Below, piece by piece: positions 1 to 9,589 of a stretch of 64,000 bases of DNA. Position 1 is the first letter of the stretch. Every line of letters begins with the position of its first letter. Under the pieces are notes generated by a model. It saw only the letters and a list, made by a program, of their open reading frames with translations. It was not told the origin of the DNA and made no database searches. Position numbers and translations under genes: made by a program. The stretch is from a bacterium (lineage in GTDB: Bacteria > Bacteroidota > Bacteroidia > Bacteroidales > FEN-979), in contig JBAXDH010000005.1 in NCBI GenBank assembly GCA_037141055.1, forward strand, positions 90 to 64,089, read 5' to 3'.

Positions 1-58
1 AGTGAAAAGAGAAAAGTGAAAAACGAAAAGCGGGGTGGCTCCAGCTTTTCACTTTTCG
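1..58. repeat. GAAAA-rich short repeat units in direct and inverted orientation, cut by the window edge
   Basis: Read directly. 1-30 = AGTGAAAAG AGAAAAG TGAAAAA CGAAAAG. 45-58 (CTTTTCACTTTTCG) is the inverted copy, and 1-9 pairs perfectly with 45-53. The 15-mer AGTGAAAAGAGAAAA recurs on the minus strand at 19826-19840. Confidence 0.6.
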
Positions 59-840
59 TTCCATGCCCCGAAAAGCCCAAGGAATTCATCGAATATGTCA
101 CCGTTGGTTGCGATAATCTGTTTCCCGAAAACGTAATCCTCTGTTCCCCGGAAATCAGTCACAATTCCCCCGGCGTTTTTCACCAGCAACCCCCCGGCAT
201 TTACATCCCAGGGGCTCAGGCCATATTCGAAAAATCCATCGTACCTGCCGCATGCCGTGTAGGCCAGGTCGGCCGCGGCAGAGCCGAGGCGACGGGCGCC
301 GCGACTGTTTTGAAGCAGGTGCTTGAATATTGCCAGGTAATCATCCAGCCGGCCGTAATCATAATACGGAAAACCGGTGGCAAAAAGTGATTCGCTGATC
401 GAGGCTGTTCGCGACACGCGGATGATTTCCCCGTTAAGGAACGACGGGGCCGAATCCCATGTGTAAAAACATTCGTCGAGGTTGGGCTCATAGATGATGC
501 CGGCAACCGTTTCGTCATGGTGCATAAGCCCGATGCTGATGCAATATAACGGAACCCCGTGAATGAAGTTGGTCGTGCCGTCGAGCGGATCGACCACCCA
601 TGTGTACTCAGCGCGCTGAAGTGCCGGATTTTCTTCGGCAATGAAACCACTGCCGGGCAGCAAGGCTGACAACCGTTCCACGATGCGCCGCTCCGATTCC
701 TTGTCAACCCAGGTGACGTAATTGTGCAATCCTTTCGACTGGATATCCGTGGTTTTCAGCTTTGCGACCTCCGTTTTCAGAAATTCACCGACTTCACGGG
801 CGAGTTCGCAGACATTGCATGTAAGATTTTCGAGGTTCAT
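49..840 (-). CDS. Inositol monophosphatase family protein (SuhB-like)
   Basis: 263-aa ORF with the IMPase signature WVVDPLDGTTNFIHG and ATG at 840. Confidence 0.85.
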   Translation of the reverse strand: MNLENLTCNVCELAREVGEFLKTEVAKLKTTDIQSKGLHNYVTWVDKESERRIVERLSALLPGSGFIAEENPALQRAEYTWVVDPLDGTTNFIHGVPLYCISIGLMHHDETVAGIIYEPNLDECFYTWDSAPSFLNGEIIRVSRTASISESLFATGFPYYDYGRLDDYLAIFKHLLQNSRGARRLGSAAADLAYTACGRYDGFFEYGLSPWDVNAGGLLVKNAGGIVTDFRGTEDYVFGKQIIATNGDIFDEFLGLFGAWNEK

Positions 841-982
841 AGATAGTTCTGTTACTCAAGCAAAGTAACCGCTAAATGACGACTTTGCGAAATTTGAATT
901 ATTACGTTGGGCTGAAGCAGACTTCGACATAGAATTGCAGGCACTGGCGCGGCCTGAATCCTTTCCGTTGATCGATAGTAAA

Positions 983-2278
983 CTATACCGAAAATCCTGC
1001 CTCATCCAGGTCTTCAAGTCTGACCGGTCGCACCTGGTTCACAAATTCCGGGTTAAACGGTGTTCTCACTTTAATGTAGTTCTCTGAAAATCCATGCATG
1101 AACCCCTGTGAATTGTCCGATTCGAACAGAACATTCACCTCCCTGCCCTTATTTTCCAGGTAAAATCGATGTTTCTTTTCATCGGACAGTTTGTGAAGTG
1201 CGTCGCTGCGCTCTTTCTTTACTTTATCCGGGACCGGCGTATTCATCCTGGCAGCTAGGGTGTTGTCCCGCTTCGAATAGGTGAAAACGTGCAGGTACGA
1301 AATATCCAGCCAGCTGATGAAGTTGAAAGTGTCCAGGAAATCTTCGTCCGATTCTCCGGGGAACCCAACAATGACATCAGCAGCGATGCAGGCGAGTGGC
1401 ATCAGTTCCTTTATTTTTTCAACCCTGGATGCATAGAGTTCCCGCGTGTATTTGCGGTGCATCGCCCCGAGGATTTTGTTGCATCCCGATTGCAGCGGGA
1501 TGTGGAAATGCGGCAGGAAGTTATTCGAGGTTGCAACGAAATCAATGATCTCGTTCGATAGAAGGTCGGGCTCAATGGATGATATCCGTATCCTGTTCAA
1601 ACCCTGAACCTGGTCAAGCGCACAAATCAGCTGCAAAAAGGACTCCCCGTTGTGCCTGCCGAAATCCCCGATGTTAACCCCCGTCAATATGATTTCTCGG
1701 ACACCCTGGGCCACAATTTCCCTGGCATTTTTAACAGCATTTTCAACGGTATCGCTCCGGCTGCGGCCGCGTGCGAGCGGGATGGTGCAATAGGTGCAGT
1801 AATAATCGCACCCATCCTGGATTTTAAGAAAGGAACGGGTGCGGTCGCCATAGGAAAACGATGGAACAAAAATGTCGGGGCTGCTCTTCACCGTCTCACC
1901 AAGATTTTCGTGATAATCATGGGAGGAAAGGTCATTCAGTTTCTGCAGTTCCTCGAGCAGCCTGAATTTGGCCGTATGACCCAGAACAAGATCGACCCCT
2001 TCCATTTGTGCCAGTTCTCCCGGCTTCAGTTCTGAAAAACATCCGATAACAGCAATCTTTGCCCCGGGATTGATTTTATGCGCCTGCCGGATGGCTGCAC
2101 GGCATTTCTTCTCGGCAACGGTGGTCACAACACAGGTGCTGATGACATAAACATCGGCCGGATCGTGAAAATCCTTTACCTCGAACCCGTTTTCCTGGAA
2201 TTGACGCGACAGGGCCGATGCCTCGGCGAAATTTACTTTACAGCCAAAATGATGGAATGCAATGGATTTTGAATTCAT
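983..2278 (-). CDS. mtaB: tRNA methylthiotransferase, MtaB-like radical SAM enzyme
   Basis: Has an N-terminal MTTase region (FHHFGCKVNFAE), a radical-SAM CX3CX2C motif (CDYYCTYC) and a TRAM-like C-terminus. Start moved to the internal ATG at 2278 (MNSKSIAF). Confidence 0.8.
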   Translation of the reverse strand: MNSKSIAFHHFGCKVNFAEASALSRQFQENGFEVKDFHDPADVYVISTCVVTTVAEKKCRAAIRQAHKINPGAKIAVIGCFSELKPGELAQMEGVDLVLGHTAKFRLLEELQKLNDLSSHDYHENLGETVKSSPDIFVPSFSYGDRTRSFLKIQDGCDYYCTYCTIPLARGRSRSDTVENAVKNAREIVAQGVREIILTGVNIGDFGRHNGESFLQLICALDQVQGLNRIRISSIEPDLLSNEIIDFVATSNNFLPHFHIPLQSGCNKILGAMHRKYTRELYASRVEKIKELMPLACIAADVIVGFPGESDEDFLDTFNFISWLDISYLHVFTYSKRDNTLAARMNTPVPDKVKKERSDALHKLSDEKKHRFYLENKGREVNVLFESDNSQGFMHGFSENYIKVRTPFNPEFVNQVRPVRLEDLDEAGFSV

Positions 2279-2301
2279 CCGGCAAAAATACATGTTTTTC
2301 C

Positions 2302-3723
2302 CTACTTCACCGCCTCCGTGGCCGGAGCAATGGCTGGTGCCGGCTCCTCCGGAATGGTCACTTCTTTTTTTCTGCCCACGGCGATATTGATCCCGAACTG
2401 GATGGAAGAGTTATTGGTGCTGTGGTAGAAAACCAGGCCCGGCAAATTGTCCGAGACGGCATAAATCTGAACCGGCCCCAGGTTGATGCTCAGGCCGACG
2501 CCGATGTTGGTGTACTGGTTGTTGAAAAGATTGTAGGATACCATCAGCCCGAGGAGGCGCGGCAACTGGTAATAATAGGATACCGACAAAGCCGGGGAAA
2601 AGCGATGATTCCCGGATGTGGCATTGAGCAGGAGGTTGAACCGGTGGTGCTCATTTGGGGCATACGAGCCGCCCAGGTTGTACCTGACCGGAAGCCATGA
2701 AGTGTAATTTCCGGTGTAAGCCGTGTCGATGCGCACCAGGTCGAGGATGCTGTCAGTGAGTTTTTTTCCGAAGGTATCGAGGTTGCTCATCATCTCCACG
2801 AAGTCCTTCAGTGTCAATCCCTCAAAATTGAATTCCTTCCCCGGGCTGCTGCTTGAAAATGTCATAATGTCCGATTTCCAGGTGATAAACCCGATATCCG
2901 AAACGCTGGCGCTCAGACCGATCTTATCGTTGACCTGGTATGTAAGCCCGAAGTCAGCGCCAAAACCGTTGTTGCCCGGGAATACCAGTGAAGAAACGCG
3001 CTGGTCGAGGTAGTGCGGCAGATTGTTGATGCAGGAAGTCCTGATTTCAAAGTCGGACCGCATGCGAATCTCATAGGTGTTGGTGTCTGTGTAAACATAG
3101 AATTCCGATTTTTCGGTTGTGGCATTGATTCTTCCCGACAGGTATTTCAGCCTGGCTCCCCAACTCAGTTTACGCTTAAAGGCATAGCCCGAAAAAGAAA
3201 CTCCCCATTCATCATAAGCAGAGAAGTTTACGGATGGAGCAACGTTGACTTCCTGCCCGAAAATCATGGGGGCCGCGTTGCCGTACCAGAGCAGGTTGCC
3301 CAAATTCGCAGGGATGATGGCATGCTGGCTGAGCCGCTCACGCACGCTGAAACCAAGAAAAAACCTGCCATGCCCGACCTGTGTGCCGAATGATAACATT
3401 TCCACGTTGGAAAACTGCCAGAACTGGTCGTTTTTTGCTAATTTGTCCAGAAAATTCTCAACTTTGAATGTTACAGAATCGTATGAATCGCGTTCGATGA
3501 CATCATTGTACGAAAAGGGGTGGGCATATGCCGACTGCATCCCCGACAATACCGGGATGCCGATATAGAATTTCTGATCAGGAATGAATGCAGGGTTGAG
3601 GAATATCCGTTGGGGAATGATCTGCATGTTGTAAAGTCCAAGGTCGTGCTGTGCAAAAACCCCAGGCGTCAACTGGCTGGTCAAAAAGCAGACAAATGCG
3701 AAATAAAAGAGAACTTTTGTCAT
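2302..3723 (-). CDS. Putative outer-membrane beta-barrel protein, distantly PorP/SprF-like (possibly DUF5723-type)
   Basis: 473 aa with a signal peptide ending VFAQ. The N-terminal LYNMQ...FLNPAF motif resembles PorP/SprF N-termini, and amphipathic beta-strand patterning runs throughout. Family call is by eye only. Confidence 0.45.
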   Translation of the reverse strand: MTKVLFYFAFVCFLTSQLTPGVFAQHDLGLYNMQIIPQRIFLNPAFIPDQKFYIGIPVLSGMQSAYAHPFSYNDVIERDSYDSVTFKVENFLDKLAKNDQFWQFSNVEMLSFGTQVGHGRFFLGFSVRERLSQHAIIPANLGNLLWYGNAAPMIFGQEVNVAPSVNFSAYDEWGVSFSGYAFKRKLSWGARLKYLSGRINATTEKSEFYVYTDTNTYEIRMRSDFEIRTSCINNLPHYLDQRVSSLVFPGNNGFGADFGLTYQVNDKIGLSASVSDIGFITWKSDIMTFSSSSPGKEFNFEGLTLKDFVEMMSNLDTFGKKLTDSILDLVRIDTAYTGNYTSWLPVRYNLGGSYAPNEHHRFNLLLNATSGNHRFSPALSVSYYYQLPRLLGLMVSYNLFNNQYTNIGVGLSINLGPVQIYAVSDNLPGLVFYHSTNNSSIQFGINIAVGRKKEVTIPEEPAPAIAPATEAVK

Positions 3724-3744
3724 TTCAAGGCGATTAAACTCCTG

Positions 3745-5400
3745 CTAATTGTTGATTTCAAGGGGTATCTTCAGTTTCGCTCTTGCAGTAAATGTAAGCC
3801 GGAGCAACTGGTCGGCCCGGAGTTTGACATTGACCTGGCCATTATCAGAAGTATGAAGCACCGCCTTCACCAGTACTTTTTTTACGTTCGCCAGGTTGTG
3901 CATCCGGTCAGCTGTCAGGATGAAGGTGGTGTCCTTTGTGCCATACTGGCCCGGGTAGGGCAGGTGTGTGGCCGGATCAACCGGCGCTTCATTGATCATG
4001 ATGTTGTCCTTCCCGGTGAGGGAATCCGTTTTGTTATAGAATTCATCGGTGAAATAAACCTGCATCCGTGTGTTCATGGGCAGTCCGTTCACAATATATG
4101 TCCTGAAAGCAAGGTGTTCGAGTTCCTCCGGTTTGGAAATCGTCAGGTCGAATGTGTCCTGCAGTGTGAGGTTGTCAAAATGGCCGTAAAGAGGCAGTTT
4201 GACGCGCAGGTCCCCGTAAAACGAACTTGTGTCTGAAAAAAAGTTTACAGGCGTTCCCGACGGGTTTATAACGGCCTTGATCTGGAATGCAACGTTGTCG
4301 GGTTTCAGGTTGAAGAAATCGTTCATTGAATTTCCCGTGTTTGCATTGTTATAATACATCGGCGTAACAGTTGGCTTTGTGGCGGTGATCAAAGGGCTGG
4401 GCACGGAAAAGAAAGCCCCGGCACCAAGATTGCCGGCGATATCCATGGCGTTGCCGGAAGCATTGTTGATTGCGACAAGTTTTTCAATGGTCACATCAGC
4501 TGGTATGCCTATCGAGTTCACGATGGTCACCGATGCCTGGGGATCCACAAAATATACTTCACCCAGGGCAAAGGCATTGTTGAACACATCCACCCTCACG
4601 GTATCGTCCAGTTGCGGCAGGGTTTGATGACCCAGGAATCCCTCGAACCTTCCTATTGTATCAATCGCAACCTGGAAATCAGCGGCGATATGATCCCCGG
4701 AAACCGGCCGGGTCGATTTTCTTAAAAAACCCTCGACCTCGGCCTGCACGATGTTGGGAGCGGAAGACAGGTCGAGGAGAACTCCTGCTATGTCAATAAT
4801 GGTTTCTGCGGGACCCGAAACAAAAGGTCCGATGGGAAACGTAAACGGGGCTCCGTTTTTTGTTGCGTTCAGGATCCGTATTGTGAGATATCCGTCGTTG
4901 GCAAAGGTGTGTTGTGTCGTTACGCGGATTGCCCCATTTTTTACCAGTAATTTATCCACCCTGATGTCGGCGCTGCCGCCGGTAAGGTTGAACGTAAACG
5001 GTACCGGCGGTATAATAAGGTCACCTGTGCCGAGGGCAGCCTGTTCTTCCGCAGTGACCGGGTGTGAATAGGAGAACTCTACCGGCGTAATCCGGATGAG
5101 GTCGTTGGGCCTTACCCGGAAGGCGTTGTTGTTGTAATAATATAATATCGAGATCTCCCCGTTTTCATCAATGTAAAAGTGATCTTCGGTCCCGGTCTGG
5201 GTTAACGCATCTTTAAGGGTAAGGCTGTCGTGCACGAGCGGCAGCGCAAAATCGGGGTTCCACGACAGGTCCTTTACTTTGCTGAAGTCGAAATCCTTCC
5301 TGCAACTTTGAATCGTGAACATTATGATGAAAAAGGCCATGGTGATGCCTGTCAGTGATTGCAGCCCGGATCTTCGGTTTTCATTGTATGGATCATCCAT
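3745..5400 (-). CDS. Hypothetical lipoprotein, probably co-transcribed with the downstream beta-barrel gene
   Basis: 551 aa. The hydrophobic N-terminus ends in a lipobox-like IQSC. No catalytic motifs recognised. A 21-nt gap separates it from the 2302-3723 gene. Confidence 0.5.
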   Translation of the reverse strand: MDDPYNENRRSGLQSLTGITMAFFIIMFTIQSCRKDFDFSKVKDLSWNPDFALPLVHDSLTLKDALTQTGTEDHFYIDENGEISILYYYNNNAFRVRPNDLIRITPVEFSYSHPVTAEEQAALGTGDLIIPPVPFTFNLTGGSADIRVDKLLVKNGAIRVTTQHTFANDGYLTIRILNATKNGAPFTFPIGPFVSGPAETIIDIAGVLLDLSSAPNIVQAEVEGFLRKSTRPVSGDHIAADFQVAIDTIGRFEGFLGHQTLPQLDDTVRVDVFNNAFALGEVYFVDPQASVTIVNSIGIPADVTIEKLVAINNASGNAMDIAGNLGAGAFFSVPSPLITATKPTVTPMYYNNANTGNSMNDFFNLKPDNVAFQIKAVINPSGTPVNFFSDTSSFYGDLRVKLPLYGHFDNLTLQDTFDLTISKPEELEHLAFRTYIVNGLPMNTRMQVYFTDEFYNKTDSLTGKDNIMINEAPVDPATHLPYPGQYGTKDTTFILTADRMHNLANVKKVLVKAVLHTSDNGQVNVKLRADQLLRLTFTARAKLKIPLEINN

Positions 5401-5477
5401 GGCGTATATTGTTCAGGTGAATCTTATTCTTCAACTAAAGTACAACGATTAACCCCGGAAACCTAATAATGTTTAAG

Positions 5478-6371
5478 CTATCCGTTCCGGTACTGCTGCA
5501 GTCCGATTCCGCTTACGATCAGGATGAGCCCGGCCACCGTGGATGCCAGGATTGTTTCACCAACCGAAAAATGGATGATGATCAGTGAAATAAAGGGGGA
5601 TAAATAAATCAGGTTCGAAACCCTGGCCGTGGTTGTGGAATATTTCAGGGCGTAAAGCCACAGCACAAACGTAATTCCCATTTCAAACAGGCCGATATAG
5701 ATTCCCCCAAGAATCCCCTGCCGGCCAGGAAACGTCAATCCTCCCGACACGGCGATGGCAACAAGGGAATAAAGAAATCCGAAACAGAAGTTAAGAAAAA
5801 GTTTACTTACTGCTTCGCGGTGGTCCTTCACGTTGAAAATCCAGTAGAGTGCCCACAGAATTGCGCTGCCAACGGCCAGCAGCACTCCTGTGGTATGCTG
5901 AACACCGCTGCCGCCTGCGAATGTGAGAAGATCGCCCCGGCTGGAGATGAGGACAATGCCTGTAAAACTGATCGTGATGGCGATGATGCTTACCAGGCTT
6001 ATTTTTTGCTTCAGCATCGGGATCGAAAGCAATACCAGCACAAGCGGCCAGATGTAGTTGAGCGTCCCGGCTTCCTGCGCCTGCAGCAGATCGTAAGCTT
6101 TCAGCAGGACCGAATAATACAGGAAAGGGTTGAGCATGCCAAGGAACGCTGACCACAGCACATCCTTCCCTGTTAGTTTTCCCAGGAGGTTCAACTTTCC
6201 CTGAACCGCCATGATTGCGAACAATGCAAGGCACGCAACAAAGGCAGAGACGAACAGTAATTCCTGCGGACCGAGGTAGCGCAGGGATATCTTAAAAGCG
6301 GATCCGATGGTTGACCAGCAGGCAATTGCAGCAAATGCAAATAAATATGCTTTTTTCTGGGGTTTCATCAC
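5478..6371 (-). CDS. EamA/DMT-family transporter
   Basis: 297 aa with about 10 hydrophobic helices arranged as two EamA-like halves. Confidence 0.75.
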   Translation of the reverse strand: MMKPQKKAYLFAFAAIACWSTIGSAFKISLRYLGPQELLFVSAFVACLALFAIMAVQGKLNLLGKLTGKDVLWSAFLGMLNPFLYYSVLLKAYDLLQAQEAGTLNYIWPLVLVLLSIPMLKQKISLVSIIAITISFTGIVLISSRGDLLTFAGGSGVQHTTGVLLAVGSAILWALYWIFNVKDHREAVSKLFLNFCFGFLYSLVAIAVSGGLTFPGRQGILGGIYIGLFEMGITFVLWLYALKYSTTTARVSNLIYLSPFISLIIIHFSVGETILASTVAGLILIVSGIGLQQYRNG

Positions 6372-6433
6372 GTGGCGAAGGTACTTAAAGATTCGAAAAA
6401 TTTCCTAATTTTGCCCCCTAACCCGATAAACTT

Positions 6434-7378
6434 ATGAAAAAGCTTGCTGTTGTTGCCCTTGGAGGGAATGCTCTTTTGCGCGGAGATCAGAAAGGAACGA
6501 TTGATGAGCAAGAGGCCAATGCCTTTGCAACTGCCGAAAGTCTTATCAAACTTATCAAACGGGAATATAACATCGTGATCACCCATGGCAACGGTCCGCA
6601 GGTGGGCAACATCATGCTTGCCAATTCCGCCGGGTTTAAAATGTTCGGAATCCCCGAGATGCCTCTTGATATCTGTGTTGCCTATTCCCAGGGATTTATC
6701 GGCTACATCATCGAACAGCAGCTGAAAAACGTGCTGGAAATGCACGACATGGAGCGCGACATCATCACCATCACCACGCAGGTCCTGGTAAACAAGGATG
6801 ATCCCGCTTTTCAGAAACCAACAAAGCCTGTCGGGCCGTATTATACCAGGGAAGAAGCCGATGTGATGGAAAAAGAGACCAAATCCGTTTTCAGGGAGGA
6901 TCCCCGCGGCAGAGGCTGGAGGAAGGTTGTTGCTTCCCCGACGCCGCTGGTCATCATCAATAAAAAAACCATTGAATCAATTGCACGCGGCGGGCAAATC
7001 GCCATTGCAGTAGGGGGAGGCGGGATTCCCGTTTATTATGTCGAACCAAATAAACTGCAGGGCATCGATGCGGTCATTGACAAGGACCTTGCCTCTGCTT
7101 TGCTGGCTTCACAGATAAACGCGGATAAATTTTTCATTCTGACCGATGTCCCCAAAGTGTGCATCAACTTCAACACCCCGCAGGAGAAATCGCTTGACCG
7201 CCTCACTATCGCCCAGGCAAAAAGATACCTCGAAGAAGGCCAGTTCCCCGAGGGAAGCATGGGCCCTAAAGTTCGTGCAGCCATTCATTTTGTGGAGCGT
7301 TCCGGAAAGGACACGATTATCACGAAAACAACGATGCTTGGGATTGATAATGGCGGGACGAGGGTTACGCTGGTGTAA
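6434..7378 (+). CDS. arcC: Carbamate kinase
   Basis: 314 aa. N-terminus KLAVVALGGNALL plus ITHGNGPQVG, typical of the carbamate kinase / amino-acid kinase fold. Confidence 0.85.
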   Translation: MKKLAVVALGGNALLRGDQKGTIDEQEANAFATAESLIKLIKREYNIVITHGNGPQVGNIMLANSAGFKMFGIPEMPLDICVAYSQGFIGYIIEQQLKNVLEMHDMERDIITITTQVLVNKDDPAFQKPTKPVGPYYTREEADVMEKETKSVFREDPRGRGWRKVVASPTPLVIINKKTIESIARGGQIAIAVGGGGIPVYYVEPNKLQGIDAVIDKDLASALLASQINADKFFILTDVPKVCINFNTPQEKSLDRLTIAQAKRYLEEGQFPEGSMGPKVRAAIHFVERSGKDTIITKTTMLGIDNGGTRVTLV

Positions 7379-7625
7379 ACACCATCTTTTTCACTTCCAG
7401 CCCGTCAATTTTCAGCAGCTCATTTTCGAGTTTATAGAATTCCTCCATGCTGCCTGTAAGTTCCAGTATGATCAAACCGCTGCGGGAGCATAGGTTGTCC
7501 TTCACTTCATGAAGTCCAAGCCGTGTTTTGATGGTGCAGCCAAATTTTGTCAGAACCGCCTGAACTTCTGATACTTCTTTCACCCTGTTGGTGATATGAA
7601 TACCAAGGACCCAAATCTCTTTCAT
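7365..7625 (-). CDS. TM1266-like small ACT/NikR-C-fold protein (putative iron-only hydrogenase system regulator), copy 1
   Basis: 86 aa. The pattern IxVLGIxIxNR...V..VL..FG..IK.R.G is as recalled for the TM1266 family. Roughly half its positions are identical to the 9320-9577 paralog. hydG lies nearby. Confidence 0.55.
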   Translation of the reverse strand: MKEIWVLGIHITNRVKEVSEVQAVLTKFGCTIKTRLGLHEVKDNLCSRSGLIILELTGSMEEFYKLENELLKIDGLEVKKMVFTPA

Positions 7626-7629
7626 GGCA

Positions 7630-9309
7630 TTAATTCAAAGGAATATCTTGTTTTTTACCCATTAAATTCCGGAAAAGGATGGTGAAAGCAGTCCCGTTCT
7701 GGCGGGATATTTCTATACTTCCGTCCAGTTGTTCCACCAACAGCCTGACGATGAACATGCCCAGGGAATTTTCCGAATCCAGTGAAAACGAATCCGGCAA
7801 TCCTACACCATTATCCTTAATCGTCAGAGAGAACATTTCGCCCTTCACTTTTTGAAGGTGAACCTGGATTTCCCCATCCTGTTGGCGGGGGAAAGCATAT
7901 TTAAAAGCGTTTGTAAGCAATTCATTTGCAATAAGGCCCAGAGGCAGCGCAGTCTCTATGGTGACATCCGTTGGTTCCAGCGAAGTGACAAGGTTTACAC
8001 GGTGCCCGCTGAACGTGCCGGTGATGATTGTCGCAAGTGAATGCAGATATGTGTGCAGAGGTATGCGGTCAAGGTTCTCGGATTTGTATAAATGTTCATG
8101 GATCAGCGCCATGGAACGGATTCTCATTTCAATGTCACGGATGATGCGTCGCAGTTCGGGGTCGTTGTTGTTGCGCAGTTGAAGGTTGAGCAGGCTGATG
8201 ACGATGGCAAGGTTGTTTTTCACCCTGTGGTGGATTTCCCGCAACATAATCTCCTTCTGCTCTGCATTTTTCTGTTTCAGGACTTCCACCTCCCGTTCCT
8301 TGGAACGGTCGCGAAGAATGGTCATCACCTGGATTACCTCCTTATCTTTGAAGATGGGTACTTTGCGGATTTCCATAAAGATATCCGCGCCGTGGAACGA
8401 CATTTTATGCTCCGTCAGGAGCACCTCCCCGTGATCAAAAACATGCTGGAGTTCTTTAATCGTCGAATCAGTGGCGAACGGAAATATATCCAGGATGTGC
8501 TTCCCGACCACGTCAACAGGATGTCCGCTACCATGCTGTCCCTCATTTAGGGATGAATTGATGATCACGATGCTGAACTGGCGGTCAACCACATAAATCC
8601 AGTCCGGGATCGAATCAATAGTGTTATGGTACTGGATCTCCGAACGCTGAAATGCTTCCACAGCCTGTTTACGTTCCTGTATCTCCTGGAGGAGGTGGAG
8701 GTTGTTTTTCGATAGCGCCTTCTGGTGTAAAAAATTCTTCCAGTTAAGCGCTCTGAACATGTATGCCATCATGAATCCGATGGAATATATGGCAATTACA
8801 AAGAAAAGATTGTTGAAGAAGATGAAGGGTTTATTTGCAAGTGTATGGTTCAGAATGTTTGCAATGGCAAATGCAATGATTTGAAACAGCCCGATGATCA
8901 CAATTGTGAGGAAAGGCATTTTGTAAAAAACGAAAAGTCCGATGATGACGAGCATCACCCAGGCGTAATAATATTCCGAGCCTTTCTGCGAAAGGTCGGA
9001 GTTGACGCCGACATAAAATAAAGCCAGGCAGACAAAGGTGTTGAGGATGATATAGACAAGGTGCAACCACTTCTGGAGCGGTTTGATGTAAGTGATCAGG
9101 ATGGATAGAACCATTGCCGGGGAAATGATCCAGAATCTCATGTAGTACAGTTGCTCAGGAGAGTTGGGAAAAAAGATGGTATTGAAAACGGCAAAGCCGG
9201 AAAACATGACAAGGGTGAGGAGCAGCCCGATGCGCATGGCAGGCAGCGAAGATATCATGAAGAAATCCTGAAACTCTTTTTGTAAATCCTTTTCCGATTG
9301 ATTGCCCAT
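7630..9309 (-). CDS. Membrane-bound sensor histidine kinase (multi-TM sensor, PAS, HisKA_2, HATPase_c)
   Basis: Has about 6 N-terminal hydrophobic helices, a PAS-like segment, the H-box EIHHRVKNNL, and ATPase boxes ELLTNAFKYAF and DNGVGLP. Start trimmed to ATG 9309 (MGNQSEK) so it does not overlap the upstream gene. Confidence 0.8.
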   Translation of the reverse strand: MGNQSEKDLQKEFQDFFMISSLPAMRIGLLLTLVMFSGFAVFNTIFFPNSPEQLYYMRFWIISPAMVLSILITYIKPLQKWLHLVYIILNTFVCLALFYVGVNSDLSQKGSEYYYAWVMLVIIGLFVFYKMPFLTIVIIGLFQIIAFAIANILNHTLANKPFIFFNNLFFVIAIYSIGFMMAYMFRALNWKNFLHQKALSKNNLHLLQEIQERKQAVEAFQRSEIQYHNTIDSIPDWIYVVDRQFSIVIINSSLNEGQHGSGHPVDVVGKHILDIFPFATDSTIKELQHVFDHGEVLLTEHKMSFHGADIFMEIRKVPIFKDKEVIQVMTILRDRSKEREVEVLKQKNAEQKEIMLREIHHRVKNNLAIVISLLNLQLRNNNDPELRRIIRDIEMRIRSMALIHEHLYKSENLDRIPLHTYLHSLATIITGTFSGHRVNLVTSLEPTDVTIETALPLGLIANELLTNAFKYAFPRQQDGEIQVHLQKVKGEMFSLTIKDNGVGLPDSFSLDSENSLGMFIVRLLVEQLDGSIEISRQNGTAFTILFRNLMGKKQDIPLN

Positions 9310-9319
9310 GATGCTGTTA

Positions 9320-9577
9320 TTAAAGACCGAATACCATCCGTTGAATTTCGAGTCCGCCAATATTGCCAAGTTCCTCTTCGAGTTTATCGCATTCGGCCCG
9401 ACTGCCAGCAAGATGGAGGATCACAACACCGACGCGGCTGCAAACATCTTCGGTAACTTCATGAAAACCAAGCCTCGATTTGATGACATGGGCAAACCTG
9501 GATAGCGTTTGCTGCATCCGGCCTGCCTCTTTGATCCGATCTGTGATTAGCAACCCGACAATCCTGATTTCGTTCAT
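9320..9577 (-). CDS. TM1266-like small ACT/NikR-C-fold protein, copy 2
   Basis: 85 aa, paralog of 7365-7625 (MNEIRIVGLLITDRIKE...SRLGFHEV). A 12-nt gap separates it from the hydG stop. Confidence 0.55.
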   Translation of the reverse strand: MNEIRIVGLLITDRIKEAGRMQQTLSRFAHVIKSRLGFHEVTEDVCSRVGVVILHLAGSRAECDKLEEELGNIGGLEIQRMVFGL

Positions 9578-9589
9578 AATTCCTGATTT

